Below, in pieces: positions 14,124 through 31,770 of a stretch of DNA of 64,000 bases (the stretch's first letter is position 1; every line of letters begins with the position of its first letter). Origin of the DNA: the human T2T-CHM13v2.0 reference genome, Homo sapiens. The position numbers and the translations under genes are program-made. The notes under the pieces are model-generated. The model ran no database searches. It saw only the letters and a list, made by a program, of their open reading frames with translations, and had not been told where the DNA came from. Location of the stretch: the NCBI RefSeq assembly GCF_009914755.1, contig NC_060932.1; one strand, 5' to 3'.

Positions 14124-16524
14124 AACATGTCCATCACCTTAAATATTTATCATTTTTTTGTAGTTAGAATGTTTGAACTTTATTCTCTTAGCAATTTTTT
14201 AAATGTACAACACATTATTGTTACATTTCCCATACTGTGCAATAGGTCTCAAAAAAATCCTTATTCCTTTTGTGTAACTGAGATTTTATATCCTATGACA
14301 TCATATCCCTATTTCCCCACCCCCAGCCTCTGTAACCACCATTCTACTCCCTGCTTCTATGAGTTTGATTGTTTTAGATTCCACATATAAGTGAGAACAG
14401 GCAATATTTGTCTCTCTGTGCCTTCATTATTTCCCTTAGCATAATGCCCTCCAATTCCACCCATATTGTCACAAATAACAGAATTCTTCTTTTTTAGGGC
14501 TGAATAGCATTCATTATAGCACATTTTATTCATTTATTTGTTAATAAACACTTAGGTTGACTCTGTAACTTGGCTGTTGTGAACAGTGCTGCAGTGAACA
14601 CGGGAGTGCAGACATCTGGTCAACAAGCTGATTTCAAATCTTTTGGATAAATACCCAGAAGTGGGATTGCTAGATCATACAGTAATTTGATTTTTACTAT
14701 ATTGAAGTAGCTCCATGCAGTTTTTCATGTCTGTACACGTTTACATTTTCACCAGACAAGTGTTCCCTTTTCTCCACATCTTTGCCAATACTTGTTAATT
14801 TTTGTCTTTTTGATAATAACCATTCTGACAGGAGTGAGATGATATCTCATTGTGGTTTTAATTTGCATTTTCCTAATTATTAACGATGTTGAGCATTTTA
14901 AACTATATTTTTTGGCTATTTGTATGTCTTCTTTTGAGAATGTCTCTTCAGATCCCTTGCCCATTTTAAAACCAGTTTTTGTTTGTTTCCTTGTAAGTTC
15001 TTTGAATTCCTTCTGTATTTTGAATATTAACTATTTTTCAGATGCATGGCTTACAAATATTTTCTCTAAATCCTTAGATTATCTCTTCACACGGTTATAT
15101 GTTCTCCTTGCTGTGAAGAAGCTTTTTAGTTTGATGTAACCTCAATTTATTTTTGCTGTCGTTGCCTGTACATTTGGGGTGAAATCCAAAAATCATTGCC
15201 CAGACCAATGTTTTGGAATTTTTCCCTATGCTTTCTTTTATTAGTTTTATGGTTTCTCATCTTATGTTTAACTCTTTAATATATTTTGAGTTGATTTTTG
15301 CATATGGTATAAGTGTCTAATATTGTTCTGCATGTGGATATCCAGTTTTCCCAGTACTATTTACTGAAGAGATTATTTTTCCCCATTGTGTATTGTTGAC
15401 AATTTTGTTGAAAAGCAATGGACCATACATATATGGGTTCAGTTCTGGGCTATTCTCTCTATAAAAATTGATGTGTCTATTTTTTTTTTGCCAGTACCAT
15501 GCTATTTTAATTACTGTAACTTTGTAATATCATTTGAAGTCAAATAGTGTGATGCTTCCATCTTTGTTCATTTTGCTCATTACTACCTTGGCTATTTGGC
15601 TTTTTACTTTCTAATTCCATATGAATTTTCAGATTGTTCTTTTTTTACTGTGAAAAATGACATTGGAATTTGTATGGAGATTGCATTGAATTTGTAGATT
15701 GATTTTGGTAGTATGGACATTCTAACAATATTAATTCTTCCAGTTCATAAATACAGGATTCTTTTCATTTATTTGTGTCTTCTTCAATTTCTTACATCAA
15801 CATTTTATAGTTTTTAGTGTATAGGTTTTTCATCTCCTTGGTTAAATTTATTTCTAGATATTTTATTTTTTGTAGCTATAGTAAATGGAATTGTTCTCTT
15901 GATTTTATTTCTGAAAAGTTGCTAGTATATAGAAATGCTACTCATTTTTGAATGTTGATTTTGTATCCTGCAACTTGACTGTATTCATTTATTAGTTCTA
16001 ACAGTTTTCTGGTGGATTATTTAGGGTTTTCTATGTAAAAGATCGAGCCATCAGCAAACTGACAATTTTACTTCATTTTTCCTATTTGGATGCCTTACCT
16101 TTTATTTCTTTCTCTTGCCTAATTGCCCTCGTGTGGACTTCTAATGCTATATTATATAGAAGTGGTGCAAATGGCCATTCTTGTCCACTTTTTCCAGAAC
16201 TTAGATAAAGGCTTTCAGTTTTCACCATTGAGTATAATGTTAGCTGTGATCTTCTCATACATGGTCTTTATTATGTTGAGGTGTATTCCTTGTATACCTA
16301 ATTTGGTGAAAGTTTTTTAATAATAAAAGGACGTTGAATTCTTTCACATGCTTTCTCTGTATCTGATGATATGATCATATGGTTTTTTGTCTGTCATTTT
16401 GTTGATGTGATGTATCACATTTATTGATTTACATATGTTAAACCATCTTGCACCACTCAGATAAATCTCATTTGATTATAGTGGGTGATTCTTTTAGGAT
16501 GTTTTTGAATTCAGTTTGCTAGTA

Positions 16525-17778
16525 TGAGGGAACTTCAAGAAGTTTATGGAAAATGTGTATTATGAAATAACTCTGCATGGATTTCAAATTTTTATGCATC
16601 AAATTAAACTCATACTAACTTATTATAACATATTTCAACAGGAGCAAATTTGAGGCACTAAGGAGAAGACATTAGTTTTTTTTTAAAGCACCTATCAAAG
16701 TAGCATGAAATCTGCTATAATTGAAGCAAGAACAAACATCAACTTATAGTAAAACTTGGATGGAAGAATGATGAATAATTGATACTTATGAAAAATTTTG
16801 GGGTGCAATTCCCAAAAGAAATGATCAATTTACAAATGGATAACTCATTTTAAGAAAGAACAAGATGATGTTGAAGATAAAGCATGTAGCAGCAGACTAT
16901 CCACATCAATTTGGAAGAAAAAAAATGCATCTTGTTTGTGTCCTTATTGAAGATGTCTGATACTTAACAGCAGAAATAATAGCCATCTCAATTAGTTCAG
17001 TTTGCACAATTCTGACTGAAAAATTAAAGTTCAGCAAACTTTCCACTCAGTGGGTGCCAAAACAATTATTCCTAGATCAGCTGCAGACAAGAGCAGAGCT
17101 TTCAATGGGAATTTTAAACAAGTATGATCAAGATCCTGAAATATTTATTCCAAGTATTTTAATAGAAGATAAAACATGGATTACCAGTGCAATACTGAAG
17201 ATAAAGAACAATAAAAGCAATGGCTACTGAGAGGTAGAAATGTTCCCATCAGCAGCAAATATTTCAACAACAATGTTTTGGGGGGATCTTCAAGGCATTT
17301 TGTTTGCTGACTTTCTGGAAGGCCAGAGAATAACATTTACTTATTATAAGTGTGTTTTGAGAAACTTAGCCTAAGACTAAGCAGAAAAATGCCCAGGAAA
17401 GCTTCACTAGAGGGTCCTTCTTCACCGTGACAATGCTTCTGTTCATTCTTCTAATCAAATAAGGGCAATTCTGTGAGAAGAGAAATAACTGGACATCCAC
17501 CTTACAGTTTTGGCTTGGATTTTTCTGACTTCTTTTTCCCCTAATTTTAAAAACTCTTTAGAATGTAAATTTTTGTTCAGTTAGTAATGCTAAAAAGAGT
17601 GTATAACTATGGTTAAATTCCCACGATTCTCAGTTCTTTAGGGATAGACTAAATGATTTGTATCATCACTTAACAAAAATGTCTTGAGCTTGAAGGAATT
17701 TTTATTGAGAAAGTTTATATTTTTTATTTTTATTATTAATATTTAATTCCATTTTCTATGATTTTTTGACATCCCCTG
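16525..17778 (+). mobile_element. Near-full-length decayed Hsmar2 mariner DNA transposon
   Basis: TA followed by an approximately 31-bp terminal inverted repeat (tgagggaacttcaagaagtttatggaaaatg ... cattttctatgattttttgacatcccctg); transposase relics MKSAIIEARTNI (16705), WVPK (17051), EDKTW, HRDNA, HPPYS. Confidence 0.9.
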
Positions 17779-18589
17779 TTGTTGAAAAATTTTGCATCCA
17801 TGTTCATAAAAATATTGGCCTATAATTTTTATTTGTTATAATATACTTGTCTGGCTTTTGTATCAGAGTAATGCTGGCCTCATTGAAAGAGTTTGGAAGT
17901 ATTCTCTTCTCTTTGATTTTTTTTTGGAAGAGTTTGAGAAGCAGTGGTATGAATTTTTCTTTAAAAGTTTGGTAGAATTCAGTAGTGAAGCCATCAGGTC
18001 CAGGGCTATCCTTTAATGAGAAACTTTTTGCTACTGTCAATCTCTGTACTCATTATTAGTCTGCTCAGATTTTCTATTTCTTTTTGATTTAGTCTTGAGT
18101 AGGTGTATGTGTCTAGGAATTTATCCATTTTTTCTAGGTAATCCAATTTATTGACATATAATTGTTCATAGTAGTCCCTTATGATCTTTTTTATTTCTGT
18201 GGTATCAGTTGTAATGTACCCTCTTTTATTTATGATTTTATTCATTTGAAATTTCTTTTTCTCCTAGTTTAGGTAAAGGTTTATTAATTTTGTTTATCCT
18301 TTTGAAATATTAACTCAGTTTTGTTTATGGTTTGTATTATTTTCCTATTCTCTATTTCAGTTATTTCTGCTATGATCTTTATTATTTCTTTTCTTTTCCT
18401 AACTTCCAGCTTAGTTTATTCTTGATTTTTCTATGTCCTTGAGAAATATTGTTAAATTTTATTTCATATTTTTCTTCTTCTTGAGGTAGGCATTGATTGG
18501 ATAAATGTTCCTTTTATAACAGATTTTCCTCCACCCCAATAGATTTGGTATGTAGTGTTTCCATTTTAATTTTTATCAAGTTTAAAAAA

Positions 18590-21500
18590 ATATTTTACTT
18601 TTGTGGATACATAGTAGGTTTGTATATTTATGGGATACATAAAATGTTTTGATACAGGCATGGAATGACATAATGTAAAATGGGGTATCCATCTCCTCCA
18701 GTATTTATCCTTTGTGTTACAGACAGTCCAATTATACTCTTTTAGTCATTTAAAAATGTAAAATTAAATTATTATTTACTGTAGTCACTTTGTTGTGCTA
18801 TCATATAGTAGGTCTTATTCATTTGTTCTATTTTTGTTTTTTACGAATTAATGATCCTCAACTTCCCCACAACACTCTATTCCCTTCCTAGCCTCTGTTA
18901 ACCATCCTTCTACTCTCTGTCTCCATGAGCTCAATTGTTCTGATTTTTAGATTTCACAAATAAGTGAGAACATGTGATGTTTGTCATGTGCTGAGCTTCT
19001 TATATATTCTGGATATCCTTTGTCAGAGGGGTAGTTTACAAATATTTTCTCCCATCCTTGAGGTTGTCTCTTCACTCTATACTGATTATATTCTTTGCTG
19101 TGCAGAAGCTTTTTAACTTAATGTGATCCCATTTGTCCATGTTTGCTTTGGTTGCCTGTACTTGTGGGGTATTACTCAAAAATCTTTGCCCAGACCAATG
19201 TCCTGAAGAGTTTCCCCAATGTTTTCTTGTAGCAGTTTCATAGTTTGAGGTCTTAGATTTAAGTCTTTAATCCATTTTGATTTGGTTTTTGTATATAGTG
19301 AGGGATAGGGGTCTAGTTTCATTATCTTGCCTATGAATATCCAGTTTTTCAGCACCATTTATTGGAGACTGTCTTTTCCTCAGTGTATGTTCTTGGCACC
19401 TTTGTCAAAAATGAGTTCATTGTAGGTGTGTGGATTTGATTCTGGGTTCTCTATTCTGTTCCATTGGTCTATGTGTTTATGTGTCTGTTTTTACTCCAGT
19501 ATCATGCTGTTTTGGTTACTATAGCTCTGTAGCATAGACTGAAGTCAGGTAATGTGATTCTTCCAGTTTTGTTCTTTTTACTTAGAATAGCTTTGGCTAT
19601 TCTGGGTCCTTTGTGGTTCCATATACATTTTAGGATTTTTTTCAATTTCTGTGAAGAATGTCATAGGTGTATTGATAGGAATTGTACTGAATCTGTAGAT
19701 TGCTTTGGGTAATATGGGCATGTTAACAATATTTATTTTCCCAGTTCATGAACATGGAATATCTTTCAATTTTTTGGTGTACTCTTCATTTTCCTTCATC
19801 AGTGTTTATAGTTTTAATTATAGAGATCTTTCACTTCTTTGGTTAATTCCTAGGCATTTAATTTTATTTGTGGCTATTGTAAATGGTATTACTCTTTCTA
19901 TTTCTTTTTCACATTGTTCAGTGTTGGCATATAAAAATGCTACTGATTTTTGTATGTTGATTTTGTATACTGCAAGTTTACTTAATTTATCAGTTCTAAT
20001 AGTTTTTTTGTGGAGTCTAGGTTTTTCCAAATGTAAGATCACATCATATGCAAGCAAGGATAATTTGATTTCCTCCTTTCCAATTTGGATGCCCACTATT
20101 TCTTTTTCATGTCTGATTGCTCTAGCTAGGACTCTCAGTACTATGTTGAATAACAGTGGTGACAGCGGCATCTTTGTCATGTTCCAGATCTTAGAGAAAA
20201 GGCTTTCAGTTTTTTCCATTCAGTTTCCCACTAGCTGCGGGTCTGTTGTCTACGGCTTTTATTATGTTGAGTTATGTTCCTTCTATACTCAATGTTTTAA
20301 TGTTTTCTATCATGAGGTGATGTTGAATTTTATCAAAAGCTTTTTCAGTATCAATTGAAATATATGATTTTTATCCATCATTCTGTTGATATGATGTATC
20401 ACATTGATTGACTTGCATATATTGAACCATCCTTGCATCCCAGGGATAAATCTTAGTTATAATAAATGATATTTTAAATGTATTGTTGAATTTGATTTGC
20501 TAGTATTTTGTCAAGGATTTTCCTATCAATATTCATCAGAGGTATTTTCTTGTATTTTTTTTTTTAGTGTGTCTCTGTCTGGTTTTGGTATCAGGATAAT
20601 ACTGGCCTTGTAGAATGCATTTGGAAGTCTTCCCTTGTCTTCCATTTTTCTGAATAGTTTGAGTAGGATTGTTATTAATTTTTTTTACATGTTTGGAATA
20701 GTTCAGCAGTAAAGCTATTGGGTTCTGGGCTTTTCTTTACTGGGAGACATTTTACTATGGCATTAATCCCATTATTTGTTTGATCTGTTCAGAGTCTGAA
20801 TTTCTTCATGGTTCAGTCATAGTAGGTTGCATCTTTCTAGGAATTTGTCCATTTTTTTCTAGATTTTCTGATTTATTGGCATATAGTTACTCATAGTGGG
20901 CACTAAGGATCCTTAGAATTTCTGAGCTATCAGTTATAATATCTTTTTTTAATCTCTGATTTTATGTACTTAGATCTCCCATTTTTTAAAATTGTCTAGC
21001 TAAAGGTTTGTCAATTTTGTTTAACTTTTCAAAAAACCAACTTTTTGTTTCTTTGATCTTTTGTATTGTCTTTTTTTCATTTCATTTATTTTTGCTCTGA
21101 TTTTTATGTTTATTTTCTTCTGCTAATTTTGGATTTGGTTTGCTCTTCCTTTTCTAGTGCTTTAAGATGCATTGCTAGATTGTTTATTTGAAAATTTTCT
21201 TCCTTTTTGATGTATGCACTTGTAGCTATAAACTTCCCTCTTAGTACTGCTTTTGCTGTATCTGATAGGTTTTGGCATGCTGTATTTCAATTATTTGTTT
21301 TAAGAAATTTTTCAATTTCCTTTTTAATCTCTTCATAGACCCACTGGTGACTGGGGAGCATATTGTCTAATTTTCATGTATTTTTATAGTTTCCAAAATT
21401 CCTCTCGTTATTAGTTTCTAGTTTTATTCCATTGAGGTCAGAGAAGATACTTGATATTATTTCAATTTTTTAAAATGTTTTGTGGGCTAACATATGGTCT

Positions 21501-24500
21501 TTCCTTGAGAATAATCCATGTGCTGAGGAAAAGAATGTGTATTCTGCAGCTCTTGGTTTGAATGATCTGTAAATATCTATTAGATCCATTTGGTCTATAA
21601 TGCAGATTTAGTCTTATTTTGTTGTTGTTGTTGATTTTCTGTTTGGAAGATCTGTCCATTGCTGAAATTGAGGTGTTGAAGTCTCCAGCTATTATTGTAT
21701 TGGGGCCTATGTCTCTCTTTAGCTCTAATAAAATTTGCTCTATATATCTTGGTGCTCCAGCTTTGGGTGCATATATATTTAAAATTGTTGTATCCTCTTG
21801 AAGAATTGGACCCGTTATCATTATACAGTGACCTTCTTGGTCTTTTCTTACACATTTTGTCTTAAAGTCTATTTTGCTGAATACCAGTGTAGTGACTTCT
21901 GCTCTTTTTTGGTTTCCATTGGCATGGAATATCTTTTCCATACCTTTATTTTTGGTCTAGGTGTGTCTTTATAGGTGAAGTGTATATCTTGTAGGCAATA
22001 GATCTTTCAGTCATGGTTTTTAATCCACTCAGTTACTCTATGTCTTTTGATTAGAGAGTTTAGTTCATTTACATTTAATGTTGTTATTGATAAGTAAGGA
22101 CCTACTCCTGCCATTTTGTTGTTTTCTGGCTGTTTTGTGGTCTTCTCTTCCTTCTTTCCTTCCTTCCTGTTTTCCTTTCAGTGAAGGTGATTCTTTCTGG
22201 TGACATGATTTAGTCTTTTGCTTTTTATTTTGTTCTGTACTCATATGTTTTTTGCCTTGAGGTGACCACAAGGCTTGCCAATGCTATCTTGTAACCCATT
22301 ATTTTAATCTGATAATGACTTAACACTGTTTGCATAAACAAGAAAACAAACAAGCAAAGGATCTACACCTTAACTTTGTTCCCCTGTTTTTTAACTTTTT
22401 GTTGTTTCTATTTATATCTTATCATACTGTCTATATCTTGAAAAGTTATAGTTCTCATTTCCAATTGGTTTTTTAGTCTATTTAAGATAAGTTTACACAC
22501 CACAGTTTCAGTGTTCTAATATCCTCTCTTTTTTTTGACCACTTACTATTGCCAGTGAGTTTTGTATCTTCACATGATTTCTTATTGTTCATTAACATCC
22601 TTTTCTTTCTGATTGAAGTACTATGCCCTTTATCATTTGTATTAGGACAGTTCTGGTGTTATTAAAATTTCTCAGATTCTGTTTGCCTGGAAAAGTCTTT
22701 ATTTCTTTTTTACATTTGAAGGATATTTTCACTGGATATACTATTCTAGGGTAAAAGCTTTTTTCCTTCGGTACTTTAAATACGTCATGCCACTCTCTCC
22801 TGTCATGGAAGGTTTCTACTGAGAAGTCTGCTATCAGGCATATTGGAGCTCCATTATGTCATTTGTTTCTTTCGTCTTGCTGCTTTTAGAATCCTTGCTT
22901 TATCTTAGACCCTTGGGAGTTTAAGGGATTATAAAATGCCTTGAGGCAGTTTCCTTTGACTTAAATCTGCTCGTTGTTGTCTAATCTTCTCATACTTGGA
23001 TATTGACATTGTTCTCTAGGTTTGGGAAGTTCTCGATTATCCCTTTGAATAAACTTTCTACCCCTATCTCTTTCTCTACCTCCTCTTTAAGGCCAATAAC
23101 TCTTAGATTTGCTTTTTTGAGGCTATTTTCTATAATGGATCCTGTAGGCCTGCTTCTTTTTTTAATTCTTTTTCTTTTGCCTCCTCTGACTGTGTATTTT
23201 CAAATAGCTTCTCTTCAAACTCACTGATTCTTTTTTTTGCTCGATCAGTTTTTACTAAAAGACTAAAAGATGCATTCTTCAGTAGGTCAATTGCATTTTT
23301 CAGCTCCAGAATTTCTGCTTGATTCTTTTTAATTATTTGAATCTCTTTGTTGTAATAAATTTGTCTGATGGAACTCTGAATTCCTTCTCTGTGTTCTCTT
23401 GAATTTCTTTGAGTTTCTTCAAATAGTTATTTTGAGTTCTCTGTATAAAAGGTCACATATCTCTGTTTCTCCAGGATTTGTTCCTGGTGCCTTATTTAGT
23501 TTATTTGGGGAGGTCCTGTTTTCCTGGATGATCTTGATACTTGCATATGTTCATCTGTGTTTGGGCATTGAAAAGTTAGGTATTTATTGTAGGCTACTCA
23601 GTCTGGGCTTGTTTGTACCATTCATTCTTGGGAAGGTTTTCCAGATATTCTAAAGAACTTCGGTATTGTAATCTAAGCTGTACCTGCTTCAGGGACCCAT
23701 TAATACTGTAGCTCTTGCAGACTCATAGAGGTACCACCTTGATGGTTTTGGACAAGATTGAGAGAATTCTCTGGATTAAAAGGTAGAGACTTTTGTTGCT
23801 TCCTTTAATTTCTTCCAATTAAAGTATCTCTTTCTGTTCTGAGCCAGCTGGAGCTAGGGGTGGAGCATTCCTCTGGACATCACCAGTACAACTGTGCTGT
23901 GTCAGACCTGAAGCCAGCACAGCACTGAGCCTCATCCAATATTTTCAGTAACTACTCTCTGGCTTCCACCTATGTTTGCTCAATGCCCTGGGACTCTACA
24001 ATCAGCAAGTGGCATAGCCAGCCAGATCTTTGTCCTTCCCTTCAGGGTGGTGAGTTTCCCTAGACTCCAGGAAAGTTCAGAGGTGCTGTTTTGGAGCCAG
24101 GGACTAAAGTCAAAAATGTTACAAGTCCACCTGGTGTACTATTGCACTGTGACTGAACTGAGACTCAAATCACAAGACACAGTCCTTCTAACTCTTCTCT
24201 CCCCTTTGCAAGGGCAGAGGAGCCTCATTCCATGGCTACCCCACCACAGGCACACAGGGAGTACTGCAGGAATACCGCCAGTGTTTCCTTAAGGTCCAAG
24301 GGCTCTCCCGTCAGCTTGTGGTGAATGCTACCTGGCCTGGGATTTATCCTTCAGGGCAATGCCCCCTGACTGCCTCAGGGCAGATCCAAAAATGCTATCC
24401 AAGATGCAAGTCCTGGAACTGGGGACTCCAGGAGCCCACCTGACGCTTTACCTGCTGTGGTTGAGCTGGTACCTAAGGTGCATGACAAAGTCCTTTTTAC

Positions 24501-24905
24501 TTTTCCCTCCACATTTCTCAAGCAGACAAAATCTCATCCTATAGTCACCACAGCTGGCAATGTGCTGAGTTTCAACTGAAGCCAGGAGGTCTCAGAGGTT
24601 CACCCAAGGCCTTCAATGTAGTACCTGGTATCACTGCTGATTATTCAGGGTCCAAAGGCTCTTCAGTTAGAAGGTGATGAATCCTGCCAGAACTGGATCC
24701 TTCCCTTAAGGTGGCGGATTCCCTTAGGGTCCACAGTGTCTCTAGAAATGCCATCAGGAGCCATGACCTGGAAAGGGGGCCTCACGACTTTGACCAGTGT
24801 TCTATCCTGCTGTGGATGAACTGGTATCCAAGATGCAAGACAAAGCCCTCCCAACTATTTTCTTTCCTAAAGCGGAGGGAGGGGGTCTCTTTTGGAACCA
24901 TGAGC
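18590..24905 (-). mobile_element. L1PB/L1MA-like near-full-length element with a 3' internal deletion
   Basis: ORFs 19176-19358, 19818-20219 ([11 protein letters not shown]; LLAYDVIL, a decayed FADD) and 21462-21941 (IIAGDFNT) are L1 ORF2; repetitive 5'UTR at about 23700-24900. Confidence 0.9.
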
Positions 24906-24909
24906 TGTG

Positions 24910-25230
24910 ATTTATCCCATAGAGTAGTCCATATGGGAAGAATCTGAGGTTGGCCTTCTTTTAACAGCCAGGAAGAAACTGAAGGCTCTTGCAAAACAGA
25001 ATCTTTCCAGCAATTCCAGAATAAGTGGATAGTGGATACTTTCCCAGTCAAACTTTGAGATAACTGCAGTCCTAGCTGGCACCTTGATTCCTGCTTGTGA
25101 GAGACTGTAAATTGGAGGATCCAGTTAAGTGGTATATTACTTCCTGATTTACAAAGATTAAGATAATAACTGTTAATGTTTTTAGACACTAGTATTAGGG
25201 TAATGTGTTACACAGTGATAAAGAACTACT
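24910..25230 (+). mobile_element. MLT1-like LTR fragment
   Basis: ctgcagtcctagctggcaccttgatt...gggtaatgtgttacacag resembles the MLT1 3' half. Confidence 0.6.
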
Positions 25231-25232
25231 TC

Positions 25233-25564
<332 letters not shown>

Positions 25565-25667
25565 TTATATGAAAATATTACTTTTAAAATTAGAAAATAA
25601 TGCTTTTGACATAGAAGAGACAATGTGATTTTAAAGATAATACACTTTAGTAAAATCCATTTGTTGT

Positions 25668-29537
<3,870 letters not shown>

Positions 29538-29959
29538 TAAGACAGTTAAAAATTTAAAACAAACAAATTTCAAAGGATAAAAAGCAGATCTGATGTGATA
29601 CATCTTTAGAAACCATTTCCAACATACTTAATAGAAGTCATGTTGTCATTCTTCATTGGAAATTTGGATGCCATTAAGATGTTTCTTATATTTAAGAATG
29701 TCAAAACTGTTCCTTATTTATTGGAAAAATAAACAATAACTCACATATAGATAATGTACACCTTTCTATAAAAGCATGTGGTTATATTTCAGACTCAGAT
29801 TTACAGCTGTATGGACTTGGAAGTTAGTTTTTGAAATCATATCTTGCAGAAGCAAAATCAAATATATTACATATTTATCTAGAGAAAAACCTATGTTAAC
29901 ATAATGGTTATACATCCACAAATTGATGTTATATAACATTGTAAAAAATGGATATTTAT

Positions 29960-30387
29960 TTGTCCATCAATGATAAACTGGATTAAGAAAATGTGGCACA
30001 TATACACCATGGAATACTATGTAGCCACAAAAAAGGATGAGTTCATGTCCTTTGTGGGGACGTGGATAAAACTGGAAACTATCATTCTCAGCAAACTATC
30101 ACAAGGACAGAAAACCAAACACTGCATGTTCTCACTCATAGGTGGGAATTGAACAATGAGAACACTTGGATACAGGGTGGGGAACATCACACACCAGGGC
30201 CTGTTGGGGGCTGGGGGGCTGGGGGAAGGATAGCATTAGGAGAAATACCAAATGTAAATGACGAGTTGATGGGTGCAGCAAACCTACATGGCACGTGTAT
30301 ACCTATGTATCAAACCTGCACGTTGTGCACATGTACCCTAGAACTTAAAGTATAATAATAATAATAAGAAGAAGAAATTAAAAAAAA
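29960..30387 (+). mobile_element. 5'-truncated L1PA 3' end
   Basis: WIKKMWHIYTMEYY (ORF2 C-terminus), G-rich 3'UTR, A-rich tail; ggatatttat on both flanks. Confidence 0.93.
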
Positions 30388-31539
30388 CCCGGGATATTTA
30401 TGAAATTCTGCATTTTTTCAGGTTGTATTAGTAACCAAAGCAGTTGACCTCTGGGAATTGAATAATTGAGAACTGCTCAAAGGACCTCAACTATACAAGT
30501 ATTTATAAAATATGTACAATAATACTTCAAATATACCTATCTCATGTTTTTGAGGACTTTTAATTTTTTTATCTGAATTCTTCCAGAATAGAATAGAAAT
30601 AAATCTTCACACTCCATTAGAAAACATTCCTGGTGTGGTAATTATGTCTCAGTCTCTCAGATTGTGGTTTTATAATCTATTATTCAATGATCATTTATTA
30701 TTAAATATTCAGCTAATGGATATGCCACAGAAAACTTATAGTAAAGTAAGTGTATTTTAATCTATTTAATAAAAATATTCCATGGCTTTAATTTAAACGT
30801 ATATCTGAAAATCTAGAATACATTTCTTTTTTAAAGTGAAAACTGTAACAGCATGCAATGATCTTCCTTATATGTATCCAATTTTGTTTTAAAATGAAAC
30901 CGCCATTCAGTAAGCACACGAGTTAGTATTTAAGAAAGACAAGAAAATAATGGATTGTCAATCTATCTTCCTTAATTTCAGTGAAGTATTTATCATTTGT
31001 AGAATTTACTCTCAGGAGGACTATATTCATTGCAATTGGTAAAGACTGCCATGAATAACTACTTAGACACATACATGAAGGTATTTGCTTATGGTTTCCG
31101 GATATCTGGATATTTGGTGAGCCTCATAAGTTCGTAATATCCAAGAACTTTTCTTTTTTTCATAAGTTCAAGAAAGGGCCAAGAGTCTCACGGGCTTCTT
31201 ACGTGTTGCTGGATGCTCAGGAGGAGGCTGTGAGGACGAAGGCATCCTTTCCATTCAGTTTACTGCTGGTGTCTCTCATTTCAGAAATGCTTTCTGTAAG
31301 AATATGTCCAATCCTATCTTTAAGTGATGAAAATCTAAGGTAAGCTTTTCAGATCCCAGTCTTTTATGTTTCTATCAGTTTTCTAATTTTTTCTGTCTGT
31401 AAGTTAATGGTGATAGAAGATTCCGTTTATGGGAGCTGAATATTTAGCTAATGTAGAAGTAGCTTCTTCATAACATTTAATGGAGTCAAACATATTTGGT
31501 ATAAATTTTAACTTCTTTGAAGAAATCCTGAAATACCCA

Positions 31540-31770
31540 ATTGGATTTTAGGATGGATTTTCCTATTTTTGCAAAAAACAAAAATAGTAAACAAAAACCA
31601 AAACCCCAAAAAACAAACAAAAAAAGACAAACAACAACAAAACCACTTGGGATTTGGATAGGGACTGTATTGAACCTGTAGATAGTTTTTGGTAGTACTG
31701 TCACCTTAACAATATTAAATCTTCCAATCTGTGAACATGAGATGTTTCCATGTCTTTATGTTTTCTTTAT
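31540..31770 (-). mobile_element. L1 ORF2 fragment
   Basis: ORF 31486-31704(-) [17 protein letters not shown]. Confidence 0.75.

Larger units (their letters stand above)
13870..18590 (-). mobile_element. L1MA-like element (3'UTR and ORF2), interrupted by an Alu and by Hsmar2
   Basis: ORFs 14749-14964(-) MQIKTTMRYHLTP and 17804-18040(-) [17 protein letters not shown] are L1 ORF2 motifs. Confidence 0.9.

Noticed and set aside
19705-20358. 217-aa hydrophobic ORF on the + strand
   Set aside because: Antisense reading of L1 ORF2
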